A stretch of DNA of 64,000 bases from a virus. The DNA lies in the IMG/VR virus record IMGVR_UViG_3300013738_000004, positions 1,931 through 65,930 of that record; one strand, written 5' to 3'. The notes below the pieces were generated by a model. It had not been told where the DNA came from and did not search any database. It worked only from the letters and a program-made list of their open reading frames with translations. The translations under genes and the position numbers were made by a program. Positions 43,577 through 53,795 of this stretch are shown here, in pieces (the first letter of the stretch is position 1; each line of letters starts with the position of its first letter).

Positions 43577-43666
43577 CTGGCTCCCGATAGGTCGACGGAC
43601 TGAAAGCGCGTTTCCCTGGACGCGCCCTCGGGAGTTTCAATTCCAGGGATTTTCAGGGAAATCCCC

Positions 43667-44167
43667 ATGAATAGCTTTCCGTTTCCTCTCGTTGTGCCGA
43701 TCGAAGGCGAGGCCCGTGCTTCGTCGGAAATCATCGCCCGCGGCGTCGAAGTTCAACACAAGAACGTGCTCGCCATGATTCGCAAGTACGAACGCGATCT
43801 GTCTGAGTTCGGTCAAGTCGCGTTTCAAACGCGGAACCCCGCCAGGCAAGGCGGGCGGCCAACCGAATACGCGATGCTCAACGAGCAGCATGCAACCTTG
43901 CTTCTAGCCTTCATGCGCAATTCACCGAAGGTGATCGAGTTCAAGATCGCGCTCGTCAAAGAGTTCTTCCGCATGCGCGACGAGTTGGGCAAGCGTGAAC
44001 AGTCGCTCTGGAAGCAGATGCAGGAACTGATCGCGAAGGAAGTTGAATCCAAGATTCGCGCGTCGTTCGGCTCCCACCTGATGCTAGAGCGGAAACGAGA
44101 AATCCCGAAATTCGAAGAGCAGAGGTTCTGGCTGGAGAGCCAGATTCAACCCTCGCTACTCAACTGA
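43667..44167 (+). CDS. Rha-family regulatory protein
   Basis: SSEIIARGVEVQHKNVLAMIRKY, TEYAMLNEQHATLLL, KIALVKEF. Confidence 0.9.
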   Translation: MNSFPFPLVVPIEGEARASSEIIARGVEVQHKNVLAMIRKYERDLSEFGQVAFQTRNPARQGGRPTEYAMLNEQHATLLLAFMRNSPKVIEFKIALVKEFFRMRDELGKREQSLWKQMQELIAKEVESKIRASFGSHLMLERKREIPKFEEQRFWLESQIQPSLLN

Positions 44168-44188
44168 CCCCGCTTCGGCGGGGTTTTT
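44168..44188 (+). terminator. Intrinsic terminator
   Basis: CCCGC-TTCG-GCGGG followed by a T-run. Confidence 0.75.
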
Positions 44189-44205
44189 CATTTGGAGCTG
44201 TCTAG

Positions 44206-45732
44206 ATGACTCAGATTGTGCAATACGGTCAAGTCAATACCACGGCGCTGATCGTGCCGGATCTGATCGTCCAGATCATCGCCCCGCAAGTGGCGCAACT
44301 GAACGGTGTGCCCACGAACGTCGCCGGCTTCGTCGGTACGGCAACGTGGGGACCGACGAACTCGCCGACCATCGTCGGCAACATGGCCGATTACGCCCGC
44401 AACTTCGGTGCAATCCAGAACCGCCTGTACGACATGGGCACGGCAGTCGCTGCCGCCGTCCTGCAGGGCGCGAATAATTTCCGTTGCGTGCGCGTGACGG
44501 ATGGCACGGATACGGCTGCATCGGTCGCGGTGCTGACGACCTGCATCACGTTCACGGCCAAATATACCGGCACGCTGGGCAACTCGGTTCAGGTGCAGGT
44601 TGCGCCGGGTTCGGCGGCGAACAGCCAGAAGGCCATCGTCTCGCTTCCCGGCCAGACGCCGGAAGTGTTCGACAACATCACTGGATCGGGTAACGCGCTG
44701 TGGGTCAACATGGCCGCAGCGATCAACAATGGCCAGGTCGGTGCGCGCGGTCCCTCGCAGATCATCATTGCGACGGCTGGCGCGGGCGTGACGGCTCCGA
44801 GCGCAGCAACGTACAGCCTCGCGAGCGGCACGGACGGCGCGACGACGATCACCTCGTCGATTCTGCTTGGTCAGGACACGATCCCGCGCAAGGGCATGTA
44901 TGCACTTCGCGGCACGGGCGCATCGGTCGCGGCTCTGGTGGACTGTTCGGATACGACCAGCTTCAGCACCCAGGTTGCATACGGCCAGTCTGAAGGCACG
45001 TACATGATCGGCGTCACGCCTGTCGGTGACACGATCAGCAACGCGGTGTCGACAAAAGCCACGGCGGGTATCGATAGCTATTCGTTCAAGTACATGTTTG
45101 GCGACTGGGTCTATTTCAACGACCCGGTGAACGGTGGTGTGCGCCTCATCTCTCCGCAGGGCTATGTCGTTGGCGTGCTGGCAAACCTCGCACCGCAGAA
45201 CTCGTCGCTGAACAAGCAACTGTACGGCGTTGTCGGCACGCAGAAGTCGTTTCAGAACCAGCAGTACTCGAGCGCGGAACTGCAATCTCTGGCTCAGGCC
45301 GGCATCGATGTCATCACGAACCCGATTCCGGCCGGTGCGCAGTTCGGCGTGCGCATCGGCCACAACAGTTCGTCGGACAACACCCGCAACGGCGACAACT
45401 ACACGCGGATGACCAACTACCTCGCGGCCACGACGGCGCAGGGCATGGGTATCTACGACGGGCGCCTGCAATCGTCGCAGCCGACCGATCCGCTGCGCCG
45501 CGACGTGAAATCCACGCTGGACAACTTCTATCTCGGTCTCCAGCAGCAGCAGATGATCGACGATTTCACGGTCCAGTGCGACTTGAACAACAACCCAACG
45601 AGCCGTATCGCCCTGGGCTACCTGCAGGCCGATGTCCGCGTGCGTTACCTCGCTGTCGCCGAAAAGATCCTGATCAACCAGGAAGGCGGCCAGTCCGTGA
45701 CGATCACCCGTCAGCAACTCTCGTCCTTCTAA
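44206..45732 (+). CDS. Tail sheath protein
   Basis: GVPTNVAGFVGTATWGP; C-terminal sheath domain. Confidence 0.92.
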   Translation: MTQIVQYGQVNTTALIVPDLIVQIIAPQVAQLNGVPTNVAGFVGTATWGPTNSPTIVGNMADYARNFGAIQNRLYDMGTAVAAAVLQGANNFRCVRVTDGTDTAASVAVLTTCITFTAKYTGTLGNSVQVQVAPGSAANSQKAIVSLPGQTPEVFDNITGSGNALWVNMAAAINNGQVGARGPSQIIIATAGAGVTAPSAATYSLASGTDGATTITSSILLGQDTIPRKGMYALRGTGASVAALVDCSDTTSFSTQVAYGQSEGTYMIGVTPVGDTISNAVSTKATAGIDSYSFKYMFGDWVYFNDPVNGGVRLISPQGYVVGVLANLAPQNSSLNKQLYGVVGTQKSFQNQQYSSAELQSLAQAGIDVITNPIPAGAQFGVRIGHNSSSDNTRNGDNYTRMTNYLAATTAQGMGIYDGRLQSSQPTDPLRRDVKSTLDNFYLGLQQQQMIDDFTVQCDLNNNPTSRIALGYLQADVRVRYLAVAEKILINQEGGQSVTITRQQLSSF

Positions 45733-45744
45733 CCTGGAGCAAAC

Positions 45745-46176
45745 ATGAGTATTGGTCCGTTTAATACCGGGCGGGACGTTGTGCTGAACATCGCGACGCC
45801 CACCGGCCCGCTGCGACTCCCCACAACCACGACTGAGTGGGAAGCCAAGCCGAAGTACAAGGAAATCGAATCCGTTGCGCTGAGTGGCGAAAACAACCAC
45901 GCAAGCGTACCTATCGGCTGGACTGGCACGATCGGCCTGGATCGCACGAACAACCAGGTGGATTCTTTCTTCGCCACGCTCGAATCGAACTATTACGCCG
46001 GCATCAACATCGGCTACGCGACGATTACCGAGACGATTTCCGAGAGCGATGGCTCGACGAGTTCGTATCGCTACACGAAAGTTTCGCTTCGACTGGAAGA
46101 GAAAGGCAAGTTTGTCGGCGATGACCGCGTGCAGGTTCGCATCGGATTCTCGGCATCGCGTCGCGTCCCGATCTAA
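45745..46176 (+). CDS. Tail tube protein
   Basis: 143 aa directly after the sheath. Confidence 0.8.
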   Translation: MSIGPFNTGRDVVLNIATPTGPLRLPTTTTEWEAKPKYKEIESVALSGENNHASVPIGWTGTIGLDRTNNQVDSFFATLESNYYAGINIGYATITETISESDGSTSSYRYTKVSLRLEEKGKFVGDDRVQVRIGFSASRRVPI

Positions 46177-46268
46177 TCGTTTGGCGCGGCCTAGACCGAT
46201 CATCGAAAAGCGGCGCGCACACCTGCGCCGCCTGAGCGCGCCTCTATCCTCAGGTGCAAGAGCGTGAA

Positions 46269-46631
46269 ATGAACAAAAAGCCTACGTTGGAACTGAATGC
46301 GGCCACGGTTGAGCCGGTCGCGAAAGCCGATAACCTCGTCAAGGACAAAAAAGGGCGCGCGCTGAAGGTGGTTGAGCCTGACATCCTCGCCGAAAGCCGC
46401 CTGATGCGCATGGTTGGCCCGGAAGCGGCATTGAATCCGGCCTACATGCGGCTCTACGTGATGCCGGCCGTCTCCGTTATCGAAATTGACGGCGTGGAAA
46501 TGGACTTCCCGATGACGCAGCGTGAGGTCGACGCAGCTATCGAGCGACTCGGGCATGAGGGTATCAATGCGGTTGTGGCGCACATCGCCGCGAAGCGGAA
46601 AGAAGAAGAGGACGGGGCAGTAAAAAACTAG
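46269..46631 (+). CDS. Tail assembly chaperone (G-like)
   Basis: Between tube and tape measure; ends at a slippery site. Confidence 0.8.
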   Translation: MNKKPTLELNAATVEPVAKADNLVKDKKGRALKVVEPDILAESRLMRMVGPEAALNPAYMRLYVMPAVSVIEIDGVEMDFPMTQREVDAAIERLGHEGINAVVAHIAAKRKEEEDGAVKN

Positions 46632-46825
46632 CCCGGAATCCCGGTTTTCAGGAGGCCTGCTGGCTCGTGAAGAACGGGGTTCCGTTTCATAGCGCCTTTG
46701 GCATGCCGAATAATCGCGACTGGCCGCTCGACAGGGTTGAACGTCGGGCGATGGCGATCACGTTTTCCATCTTCAGGGGCGCCGAGTACGACTGGGAAGC
46801 GATGCGCTTCAGGGAGCCGAAGTGA
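46622..46825 (+). CDS. -1 frameshift extension of the tail chaperone (GT-like)
   Basis: A AAA AAC heptamer at 46622-28; the -1 frame is open KLARNPGFQEACWLVKNGVPF...REPK* to 46825. Confidence 0.8.
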   Translation, partial: KKLARNPGFQEACWLVKNGVPFHSAFGMPNNRDWPLDRVERRAMAITFSIFRGAEYDWEAMRFREPK

Positions 46826-47298
46826 AACAGTATTCGAGTTTCGGCGCATTCGCCGGGCACCTCGAAAAGCTCGCGGTGACCGCGCCGGAAGTGACGCATT
46901 CGATGGTCAAGGCCGGCGCGGAAGAGATCAAGGATGTGGCGCAGGGCGAAATCGGCTTCTATCAGACCGACATTGCGCCCTATCCCGACTGGGCGCCGCT
47001 GGCTGATAGCACCGAAGCGGAAAAGGCGCGTTTGGGCTATGAGCCCGATGCACCTTTGCTCCGTACCGGCGACATGAGGGCGAGCATTAAATCTGAAGCC
47101 GAAGGAAATGAGGCGGTTGTCGGCTCGAATGATGAAAAGCTGAAATATCACGAGTTCGGCACCGACAAGATGCCTCCCCGCCCTGTGCTCGGCCCCGCCG
47201 CGCACTACAGCACGCCGCGAATCCTCTCCCGCATGGCGACGACGACCCTTTATTGGCTGTCAGGCCGCGGCTGGCGCAATCAGCTACGCCGGAAGTAG
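46822..47298 (+). CDS. HK97 gp10-like / virion morphogenesis protein
   Basis: PLLRTGDMRASI...VVGSN...YHEFGT..MPPRPVLGPA. Confidence 0.8.
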   Translation: MKQYSSFGAFAGHLEKLAVTAPEVTHSMVKAGAEEIKDVAQGEIGFYQTDIAPYPDWAPLADSTEAEKARLGYEPDAPLLRTGDMRASIKSEAEGNEAVVGSNDEKLKYHEFGTDKMPPRPVLGPAAHYSTPRILSRMATTTLYWLSGRGWRNQLRRK

Positions 47299-47528
47299 AA
47301 GAACAGAAAGACGACGGCCAGCGCCGCCAGATAGACGCCGATGTACGGCACGAACAGAAACATCGAGGGCATGAAGATCGCGAATAGCCGGTTCATCGGC
47401 GGTCGCGTCGCCCATCGTGCATGCCAGCCGTGCTTGTGCCCGCTCAGACTCTTGAGCCTGGGCTTCGGGTACTGAATAAAGCTGATGTGATCGGCAAGCC
47501 ACTCGTGAACGTGGCGAACGAAGTCCAT
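47280..47528 (-). CDS. Antisense small membrane protein (possible moron)
   Basis: Hydrophobic C-terminal half; fills the gap before the tape measure; start uncertain. Confidence 0.45.
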   Translation of the reverse strand: MDFVRHVHEWLADHISFIQYPKPRLKSLSGHKHGWHARWATRPPMNRLFAIFMPSMFLFVPYIGVYLAALAVVFLFFYFRRS

Positions 47529-47562
47529 AAATCCTCCAGCAAGTCCCTGATATTACATCGAA

Positions 47563-49467
47563 ATGATCAACGTCTACGAAATCGGGACGACGCTCAAGCT
47601 TAACGACCTGATCACGCCGCAACTGATCAAGTTGGCCGATGAGTTCCGCAAGGTCGATGCGCAGGTTCTGCAGATCGGCAAGCGCCTGCAAAAGATGGGC
47701 GCGGAAGTTGTAGGCATCCGTAATCTCGCTGGCGCATCCAAGAATCTCGCGGCCAGCATGAAGGCGATCAAGGACGAATCGGCGCTTGCCGAAAGGAATC
47801 TGTTCGCGCTGCGCTCCGCATTGCCGGGTGGCGGTCTCGGGCTCGAATCCGAACTGATCGCAGCGAACGTGCAGGCACGAACGCTCGCGGCAACGCTCGC
47901 CGGTATTCGTGGCGGCGGTCGTCTTCCGGGTGGCGGAGCATTGCCAGGCCCTGCCGCTGGCGGCGGCGGTCGGCACGGTGGGCGCATCCATGGCGGCAAT
48001 CTGCACATGGGCTCGGGTGGTGTGGGCATCGGTGGAGTTGGTGTCGGCCTGATGAGCGACGCGCTGATCCCGCTTGGCGCCGGCATGGTCACCTATTACG
48101 TCGGAAAACAGTTTTACGAAGGCGCGAAGGATTATCAGGACGCCTTCATGCGCTTCAAGTCGCTCAATCTGGGCGATCAGGTCAACTCTGAGGCGGACAA
48201 GTTCGTCAAGGCGACGAAGGTCTACGGCGTTTCGCAAACCGAGTTGATGAAAGCGCTCGGCGAATCGGTCGGCCTGTTCGGCTCATTCGATGAGGCGAAG
48301 AAGTTCACGCCCGAACTGCTGACGCTCGGCAAGGCCAATTCGGCGGTATTCGGCGACAAGAACGGACAGCTCGACGATGAGGGGCTGAAAAGCCTGCTCA
48401 AGTTCATCGACCGCCGCGGTGGATTCAAGGACGAGGCGACATTCAAGCGCAATCTCGACCTGGCTGAAAAACTGGTGACGGGGTCGTCCGGCTTCCTCAA
48501 ATTTCAGGATCTCGGTGCGTTCTCGCAGAACGCCGGTACGGCATTCCGCAGCCTGTCAGATGAAGGCCTGCTTCGCATGGAAGGCCTGATGATCGAGCAA
48601 GGCGGCCAGAAATCCGGTACTGCGTTGATGAGTCTGTATCAGAACCTCGTCGCCGGCCGCACGCCGAAAAAGACGATGGGGCTGCTGCAAGACCTCGGAC
48701 TCGCCCAGCTTGCGATGCAGGAGCACGGCTCAGTCGGCGGCAAGCCGATCAAGTCGCTCGTCATGACGGGCATCAAGGGCGGCGATCTGCTTCAGGCTGA
48801 CCCGGCCAAATGGATGACGGATGTTCTGCTACCCGCGCTTTCAGCCAAGGGAATCACGAAAGAGGGTGACGTTCTTAAGGCTGTCAATGACGTTCTTTCG
48901 AACCGCAATGCATCGAATCAAGGCTCCTTGATGACGACGCAGCAGTTCCAGCTCCTGCGTGACTTCAAGCTCGCCAAGGGCGCGATGGGCGCAGGCCAGG
49001 TCGGCGGCATGTTCAAGGACTCCGCGTCAGGCGCGGAAGCAGATTTCGACGCCGCATGGACGGACTTCAAGAAGCAGTTCGGCACGACGATGCTGCCGCA
49101 GATCACGAACATGCTGAAAGTCGGTACGGACATGCTTCGATCGCTGGCGAGCGTGACCGACAGCCCCGCATTCAAGGCGGTTATGAGCGTCACCGAAGGC
49201 GCCGGACATGCGTTTGCGTGGCCCTATCGTCTCGCGGCCAATCTGTTCAGCGGTGATGCCAAGGCGGCTCCCGGAAATAGCCCGAATATCAAGTCCAGCA
49301 ATCAGCAATTCGTCCAGTTGAACACGAAGATCAACGTCGATGGCAGACCGCTTGCGGATGTCGTCACGACACATCAATTACGCGACATGCTGCGCCCGCA
49401 AAGCACGAATTCCGGCTATGACTTCGGTATGGCCCCTCCCCCGATCGGTCACACTTCCGCACGGTAA
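47563..49467 (+). CDS. Tape measure protein
   Basis: 634 aa, Ala/Gly-rich and helical, follows the chaperones. Confidence 0.88.
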   Translation: MINVYEIGTTLKLNDLITPQLIKLADEFRKVDAQVLQIGKRLQKMGAEVVGIRNLAGASKNLAASMKAIKDESALAERNLFALRSALPGGGLGLESELIAANVQARTLAATLAGIRGGGRLPGGGALPGPAAGGGGRHGGRIHGGNLHMGSGGVGIGGVGVGLMSDALIPLGAGMVTYYVGKQFYEGAKDYQDAFMRFKSLNLGDQVNSEADKFVKATKVYGVSQTELMKALGESVGLFGSFDEAKKFTPELLTLGKANSAVFGDKNGQLDDEGLKSLLKFIDRRGGFKDEATFKRNLDLAEKLVTGSSGFLKFQDLGAFSQNAGTAFRSLSDEGLLRMEGLMIEQGGQKSGTALMSLYQNLVAGRTPKKTMGLLQDLGLAQLAMQEHGSVGGKPIKSLVMTGIKGGDLLQADPAKWMTDVLLPALSAKGITKEGDVLKAVNDVLSNRNASNQGSLMTTQQFQLLRDFKLAKGAMGAGQVGGMFKDSASGAEADFDAAWTDFKKQFGTTMLPQITNMLKVGTDMLRSLASVTDSPAFKAVMSVTEGAGHAFAWPYRLAANLFSGDAKAAPGNSPNIKSSNQQFVQLNTKINVDGRPLADVVTTHQLRDMLRPQSTNSGYDFGMAPPPIGHTSAR

Positions 49468-49470
49468 CGC

Positions 49471-50424
49471 ATGTCAACTTCCCTCTCCCTCGGTGACGTG
49501 CTCTTTGCGGATCTCGAGATCCCCGAACACATGCCGTTCGGCGGTGAGCAGCGGCTGGTTGTGCAGGAACTGGTCGGCGGCACGCGCATTATCGACGCGA
49601 TGGGCCGCTCGGATATGCCGCTGGAGTGGTCTGGCTGGTTCATGGGCGAAAACGCCCTGTCTCGGGCCAAATACCTCGATGCCCAGCGAATTGCTGGCGT
49701 CTCGCTTCCGCTCGTCTGGTCCGAGTTCTTCTACGACGTCGTCATCCGGCGATTCGAAGCTGATTTCCAGCGCGAATGGATGATCCCGTACCGGATCGTC
49801 TGCGAGGTGGTGAAAGATCACTCGCAGCCGCAGACGTCACTTGCGGGTCCGTCGATCAATGACCTGATCGCAACGGACCTGTCGAGCGCCAACCTGCTGA
49901 CGGGCCAGATCGGCAATAGCACGCTGACTGGTTTGATGGGCACGGTAAATTCAGCGATTTCCGCCGTATCGAATTTCGCCAGCGCGACGGCCAGCACGAT
50001 CAACAGCGTGCTTCAGCCGGTCAACGCGGTGCAGCAACAGGTCGCAACGCTGATCGCCAGCTCGGCGAACACGATGCTAAACGTCACGACGCTGGGCGGC
50101 ATCCTGCCGAACAACCCGATTTCCCAATCGGTGGCGAATATCGCGGCACAGGTCACGGCGTATCAGCAGTCTCCTCTGCTCTACAACCTGCAGTCGGTGA
50201 TGGGGCGCATGTCGACCAACCTCGGCAGCGTCAACGGAGCGACGCAGCAGGTCACGATGGCAGGCGGCAACCTGTTCGACCTGGCGGCAAAGGTCTACGG
50301 CAACGCAGAAGCATGGACAGGCATCGCGAAGGCCAATGGCGTCAGCGATCCTGTCGTGCAGGGCGTTCAGACAATCAAAATCCCGGTCACGCCGGATAAC
50401 TCTGGAGGACTGCTGCAAGCATGA
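49471..50424 (+). CDS. Tail tube initiator / baseplate protein with C-terminal LysM-like domain
   Basis: LVGGTRIIDAMG; NLFDLAAKVYGNAEAWTGIAKANG. Confidence 0.75.
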   Translation: MSTSLSLGDVLFADLEIPEHMPFGGEQRLVVQELVGGTRIIDAMGRSDMPLEWSGWFMGENALSRAKYLDAQRIAGVSLPLVWSEFFYDVVIRRFEADFQREWMIPYRIVCEVVKDHSQPQTSLAGPSINDLIATDLSSANLLTGQIGNSTLTGLMGTVNSAISAVSNFASATASTINSVLQPVNAVQQQVATLIASSANTMLNVTTLGGILPNNPISQSVANIAAQVTAYQQSPLLYNLQSVMGRMSTNLGSVNGATQQVTMAGGNLFDLAAKVYGNAEAWTGIAKANGVSDPVVQGVQTIKIPVTPDNSGGLLQA

Positions 50425-51566
50425 CAACTCTCAATATCGTTCCCGCGGTGCCGTCCGCCAGGCAACCGCGCGGGATGGTATTGCTCGGCGATCCGAATCA
50501 GCCCGGTACGTCAGTGCCGTGGATTGACTGGGACGTCGACCAGAACACTTGGCATTCAGCCAGCACGTTCCGCATGAGGCTTCCTGTCTCAGCACTGACG
50601 GCGCCGATCGACCTGAATTATGTGCTCAGCACGAACCCGATTCAGGCGCAGATCTTCGCAGGCTTTCCGGGCGATCCCGATCATTACGGGACGGCAGACC
50701 TTCAGCAACTCATTACCGGCAACGTCGACCAGATTCACTTCGACCCGGTTCGCCGTGTTGTTGAACTATCTGGACGCGATTACACGTCCCTGCTGATCGA
50801 TGCCAAGACGTTCGATCGGTGGACCAACCAGACCGCATCGGAAATTGCGACGACGCTCGCGAAGCGGCACGGCCTGACGCCAAAGGTCACAGCGACCACT
50901 GGCGCAGTCGGCAAGATCTACGAGATCGACAAGATTCACGACCGGCACGGCTCGACTGAATGGGAACTGCTCACGTGGCTGGCGAGCATCTATGGCTATG
51001 TCGTCTACGTGCAAGGCATGACGCTCTACTTCGGCCCGAGACCGGACCCGAAGACCGCGACGCCCTACGCGTTGCAGTGGAAGCAACCCGATGGCATGAC
51101 GGCCATGACGTTTCAGGGCAACGTGCGCGATATGTCGTTCTCGCGGACGCTCACGGTCGGCAAGGGCGTCACTGTGCAGGTTCATAGCTGGAACCACAAA
51201 CAGAAAGCCGGGTTCACTGTCACCTACCCAGAAAGCAAAGCCAAAGGCATTAAGCCGGGAACGGCGGCGTCACCCGACCAGGTCTACAGCTACATCATCG
51301 CCAACCTCACGCAGCAGGACGCACAGCAGCGCGCGGCGAAGATCTACAACGACATCATCCGGCACGAACTCAAGATGACCGCCGAACTGCCTGGCGACAA
51401 CATCCTGCAGCCGAATGTGATGGTGAGCGTTTCCGGGACGCAAACGCCGTTCGACACGATGTATTACGTCGAGGCGGTCAGCCGGCGCATGTCGTTCGAC
51501 AGCGGTTACACGATGTCAGTCCGCGGCAAGAATCACTCGCTTGATACCACCACGATTCCCTCATGA
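50421..51566 (+). CDS. Baseplate hub (late control D-like)
   Basis: LSGRDYTSLLID, WELLTWLA..YG, GDNILQP. Confidence 0.8.
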   Translation: MTTLNIVPAVPSARQPRGMVLLGDPNQPGTSVPWIDWDVDQNTWHSASTFRMRLPVSALTAPIDLNYVLSTNPIQAQIFAGFPGDPDHYGTADLQQLITGNVDQIHFDPVRRVVELSGRDYTSLLIDAKTFDRWTNQTASEIATTLAKRHGLTPKVTATTGAVGKIYEIDKIHDRHGSTEWELLTWLASIYGYVVYVQGMTLYFGPRPDPKTATPYALQWKQPDGMTAMTFQGNVRDMSFSRTLTVGKGVTVQVHSWNHKQKAGFTVTYPESKAKGIKPGTAASPDQVYSYIIANLTQQDAQQRAAKIYNDIIRHELKMTAELPGDNILQPNVMVSVSGTQTPFDTMYYVEAVSRRMSFDSGYTMSVRGKNHSLDTTTIPS

Positions 51567-52213
51567 TCGACCATCTGTTAAATGCGATGCGTGCGCAGGC
51601 TCAAATGAGCCTCGGCGAGAAGACGGCGCATCGTGTCGGCCAGGTAACGGCATACGACCCGAACAAGTACGCAGTAAAGGTCAAGATGTGGCCCGACACG
51701 CAGGAATCACTGGGCTGGATTCCGCTTCAGTCCGACTACATTGGCAACGGCTGGGGAATGGTGGCGGGCCCGTCAATAGGCGATCAGGTGATGATCGCTT
51801 TCGATCGGGAAGATCAGGACGCCGGCCAAGTGACGGGGCGCAACTTCACGGATGTCGAGCAGCCGCCGCCTGTCCCATCTGGCGAGTTCTGGCTCATTAA
51901 CAAGTCGGGCTCTCTTCTGAAATTCCACAATGACGGAACAGTCGAAATCGCCGCAGCCAGCACCATGAAGTACACCGCGACACAGCATCATTTCGTCGGC
52001 CCGGTGCAGATGGATAACACGCTCAACGTGAACAACACCATTAGCGGCGAAGGCGGCATGGCGATCTCCGGCGACAACGGTAGCGGCCATGCGTCGACCG
52101 TCACGGGTAATACGAACTTTGTCGGCGGCGTGACTGCAAACGGGCACGACATCGGCAGTACTCACCAGCACGTCAACTCGGGTGGCTCCGGCCTCGGCGG
52201 GGTGCCGCAATGA
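51563..52213 (+). CDS. Baseplate spike (gpV-like)
   Basis: OB-fold GQVTAYDP, PSIGDQVMIAF; C-terminal HQH. Confidence 0.88.
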   Translation: MIDHLLNAMRAQAQMSLGEKTAHRVGQVTAYDPNKYAVKVKMWPDTQESLGWIPLQSDYIGNGWGMVAGPSIGDQVMIAFDREDQDAGQVTGRNFTDVEQPPPVPSGEFWLINKSGSLLKFHNDGTVEIAAASTMKYTATQHHFVGPVQMDNTLNVNNTISGEGGMAISGDNGSGHASTVTGNTNFVGGVTANGHDIGSTHQHVNSGGSGLGGVPQ

Positions 52214-52611
52214 CGACGCAAGTTCTTTGTGACGCATCACATTTGTGGGGGAATGATGTCGTCACCAGCCCCACAGGCGATATCGGCATCGCAACAGACG
52301 CCACCCGCAGCCAGCAACGCGTCATCCGCCGTCTGCTGACGAATCCGCTCGACGCGAACGGGCCGCCTGACTACCCGCTTCATCCGACCTACGGCGCAGG
52401 ACTCGCCCGCTACGTCGGCACGAACGTTGATGCCGCTAAGATGCGCGCACTGATCCGCGGCCAGATGTTGCTTGAGGATTCGGTCGCGAAGAAGCCGCAG
52501 CCACAGGTCACCGTGACAGTGCTAGATCCGACGACGATCTCTGTCTACATCCGGTACACCGTGGCCGGATCGGGAGCGCCGGCAACTTTAGCGTTCAACG
52601 TCAACAACTGA
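52210..52611 (+). CDS. Baseplate wedge (gp25-like)
   Basis: QQRVIRRLLT...HPTYGAGL. Confidence 0.8.
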   Translation: MTTQVLCDASHLWGNDVVTSPTGDIGIATDATRSQQRVIRRLLTNPLDANGPPDYPLHPTYGAGLARYVGTNVDAAKMRALIRGQMLLEDSVAKKPQPQVTVTVLDPTTISVYIRYTVAGSGAPATLAFNVNN

Positions 52612-52630
52612 CACGCCTACACTCAATCTG

Positions 52631-52657
52631 AACCGCCTTCGGGCGGTTTTTTGTTTT
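52631..52657 (+). terminator. Intrinsic terminator
   Basis: AACCGCC-TTCG-GGCGGTT followed by a T-run. Confidence 0.75.
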
Positions 52658-52667
52658 CTAGGACGAC

Positions 52668-53795
52668 ATGGCATCGGTCAATCAATGGAGTTTGAGCCAG
52701 GCGATCTCAAACATGGTCGCCAGCGCCCAGGCCCGAGCCAAGGTGCTACTCGACTTCACGATCGGCTCCGTCAACCTCGCCATCATCGAAGCGGTGGCTC
52801 AGGTTGTCGTATGGCTTGAAGGCTTGATCCTTCTGCTGCTCGCCACGACACGCGCGGCGACGTCAAGCGGTAGCGATCTCGATACCTGGATGGCCGACTA
52901 TGGCCTGACGCGGCTTGCTGCTACCTCGTCGACTGGACAAGTTACGTTTTCCCGCTTCACGCCGACGTATCAGGCGGTTGTCCCTGTCGGCACGGTCATC
53001 CAGACCGCTGACGGCACGCAGCAATTCACCGTCATAGCGGACACGACGCAGACCGCATACAGCGCGACGCTGGGCGGCTATGTGATTGCGGCTGGCATCT
53101 CAGGCGCGGTCGCGACGGTGCAGGCGGTCAACACCGGCACAGTGACGAATGTGCTGGCGAACACGATTACGACGCTGACGCAAGCCGTGCAGTACGTCGA
53201 TACGGTCACGAATGGCGCGGGTTTCACCAATGCGCTAGATACGGAAACCGATACGGCATTTCGTGCGCGATTCATCACATACATCAACAGCCTGTCGAAG
53301 GCGACGAAATCCGCTGTTGGCAATGCGGTCCTGGCTGTGCAGCAAGGGCTTTCCTACGTGCTGGTGGAAAACCAGACGTATGGCGGCGCTACCCAGATGG
53401 GCTACTTCTACGTGGTAGCCGCCCTCAACGGTACAGCCCCAGGCTCGACCTTGCTCAATTCAATAAGCAATGCCGTGGATGCAGTTCGGCCTATCACATC
53501 GACATTCGGTGTCTTCGCCGCAGTCACGGTGAATGCCAATATCACGATGACCATCACGACGGCATCGGGTTACACGCATTCGGCCGTCGTGACACAGGTA
53601 ACGACAGCCCTACAGAACTACATCGCCACACTGGCAATCGGCCAGACCCTCGCTTATACCAGACTCGCCCAAGTTGCTTATGACGCGTCTCCGGGCGTTA
53701 CCGATGTCACGGCCATGACGCTGAATGGCGGGACGGCTGACCTTACTGCAACCAACCAGCAACTGATCGTTGCCGGCACGCTCACGATCTCGTAA
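52668..53795 (+). CDS. Baseplate J-like protein
   Basis: LDTWMADYGLTR, ETDTAFRARF. Confidence 0.92.
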   Translation: MASVNQWSLSQAISNMVASAQARAKVLLDFTIGSVNLAIIEAVAQVVVWLEGLILLLLATTRAATSSGSDLDTWMADYGLTRLAATSSTGQVTFSRFTPTYQAVVPVGTVIQTADGTQQFTVIADTTQTAYSATLGGYVIAAGISGAVATVQAVNTGTVTNVLANTITTLTQAVQYVDTVTNGAGFTNALDTETDTAFRARFITYINSLSKATKSAVGNAVLAVQQGLSYVLVENQTYGGATQMGYFYVVAALNGTAPGSTLLNSISNAVDAVRPITSTFGVFAAVTVNANITMTITTASGYTHSAVVTQVTTALQNYIATLAIGQTLAYTRLAQVAYDASPGVTDVTAMTLNGGTADLTATNQQLIVAGTLTIS

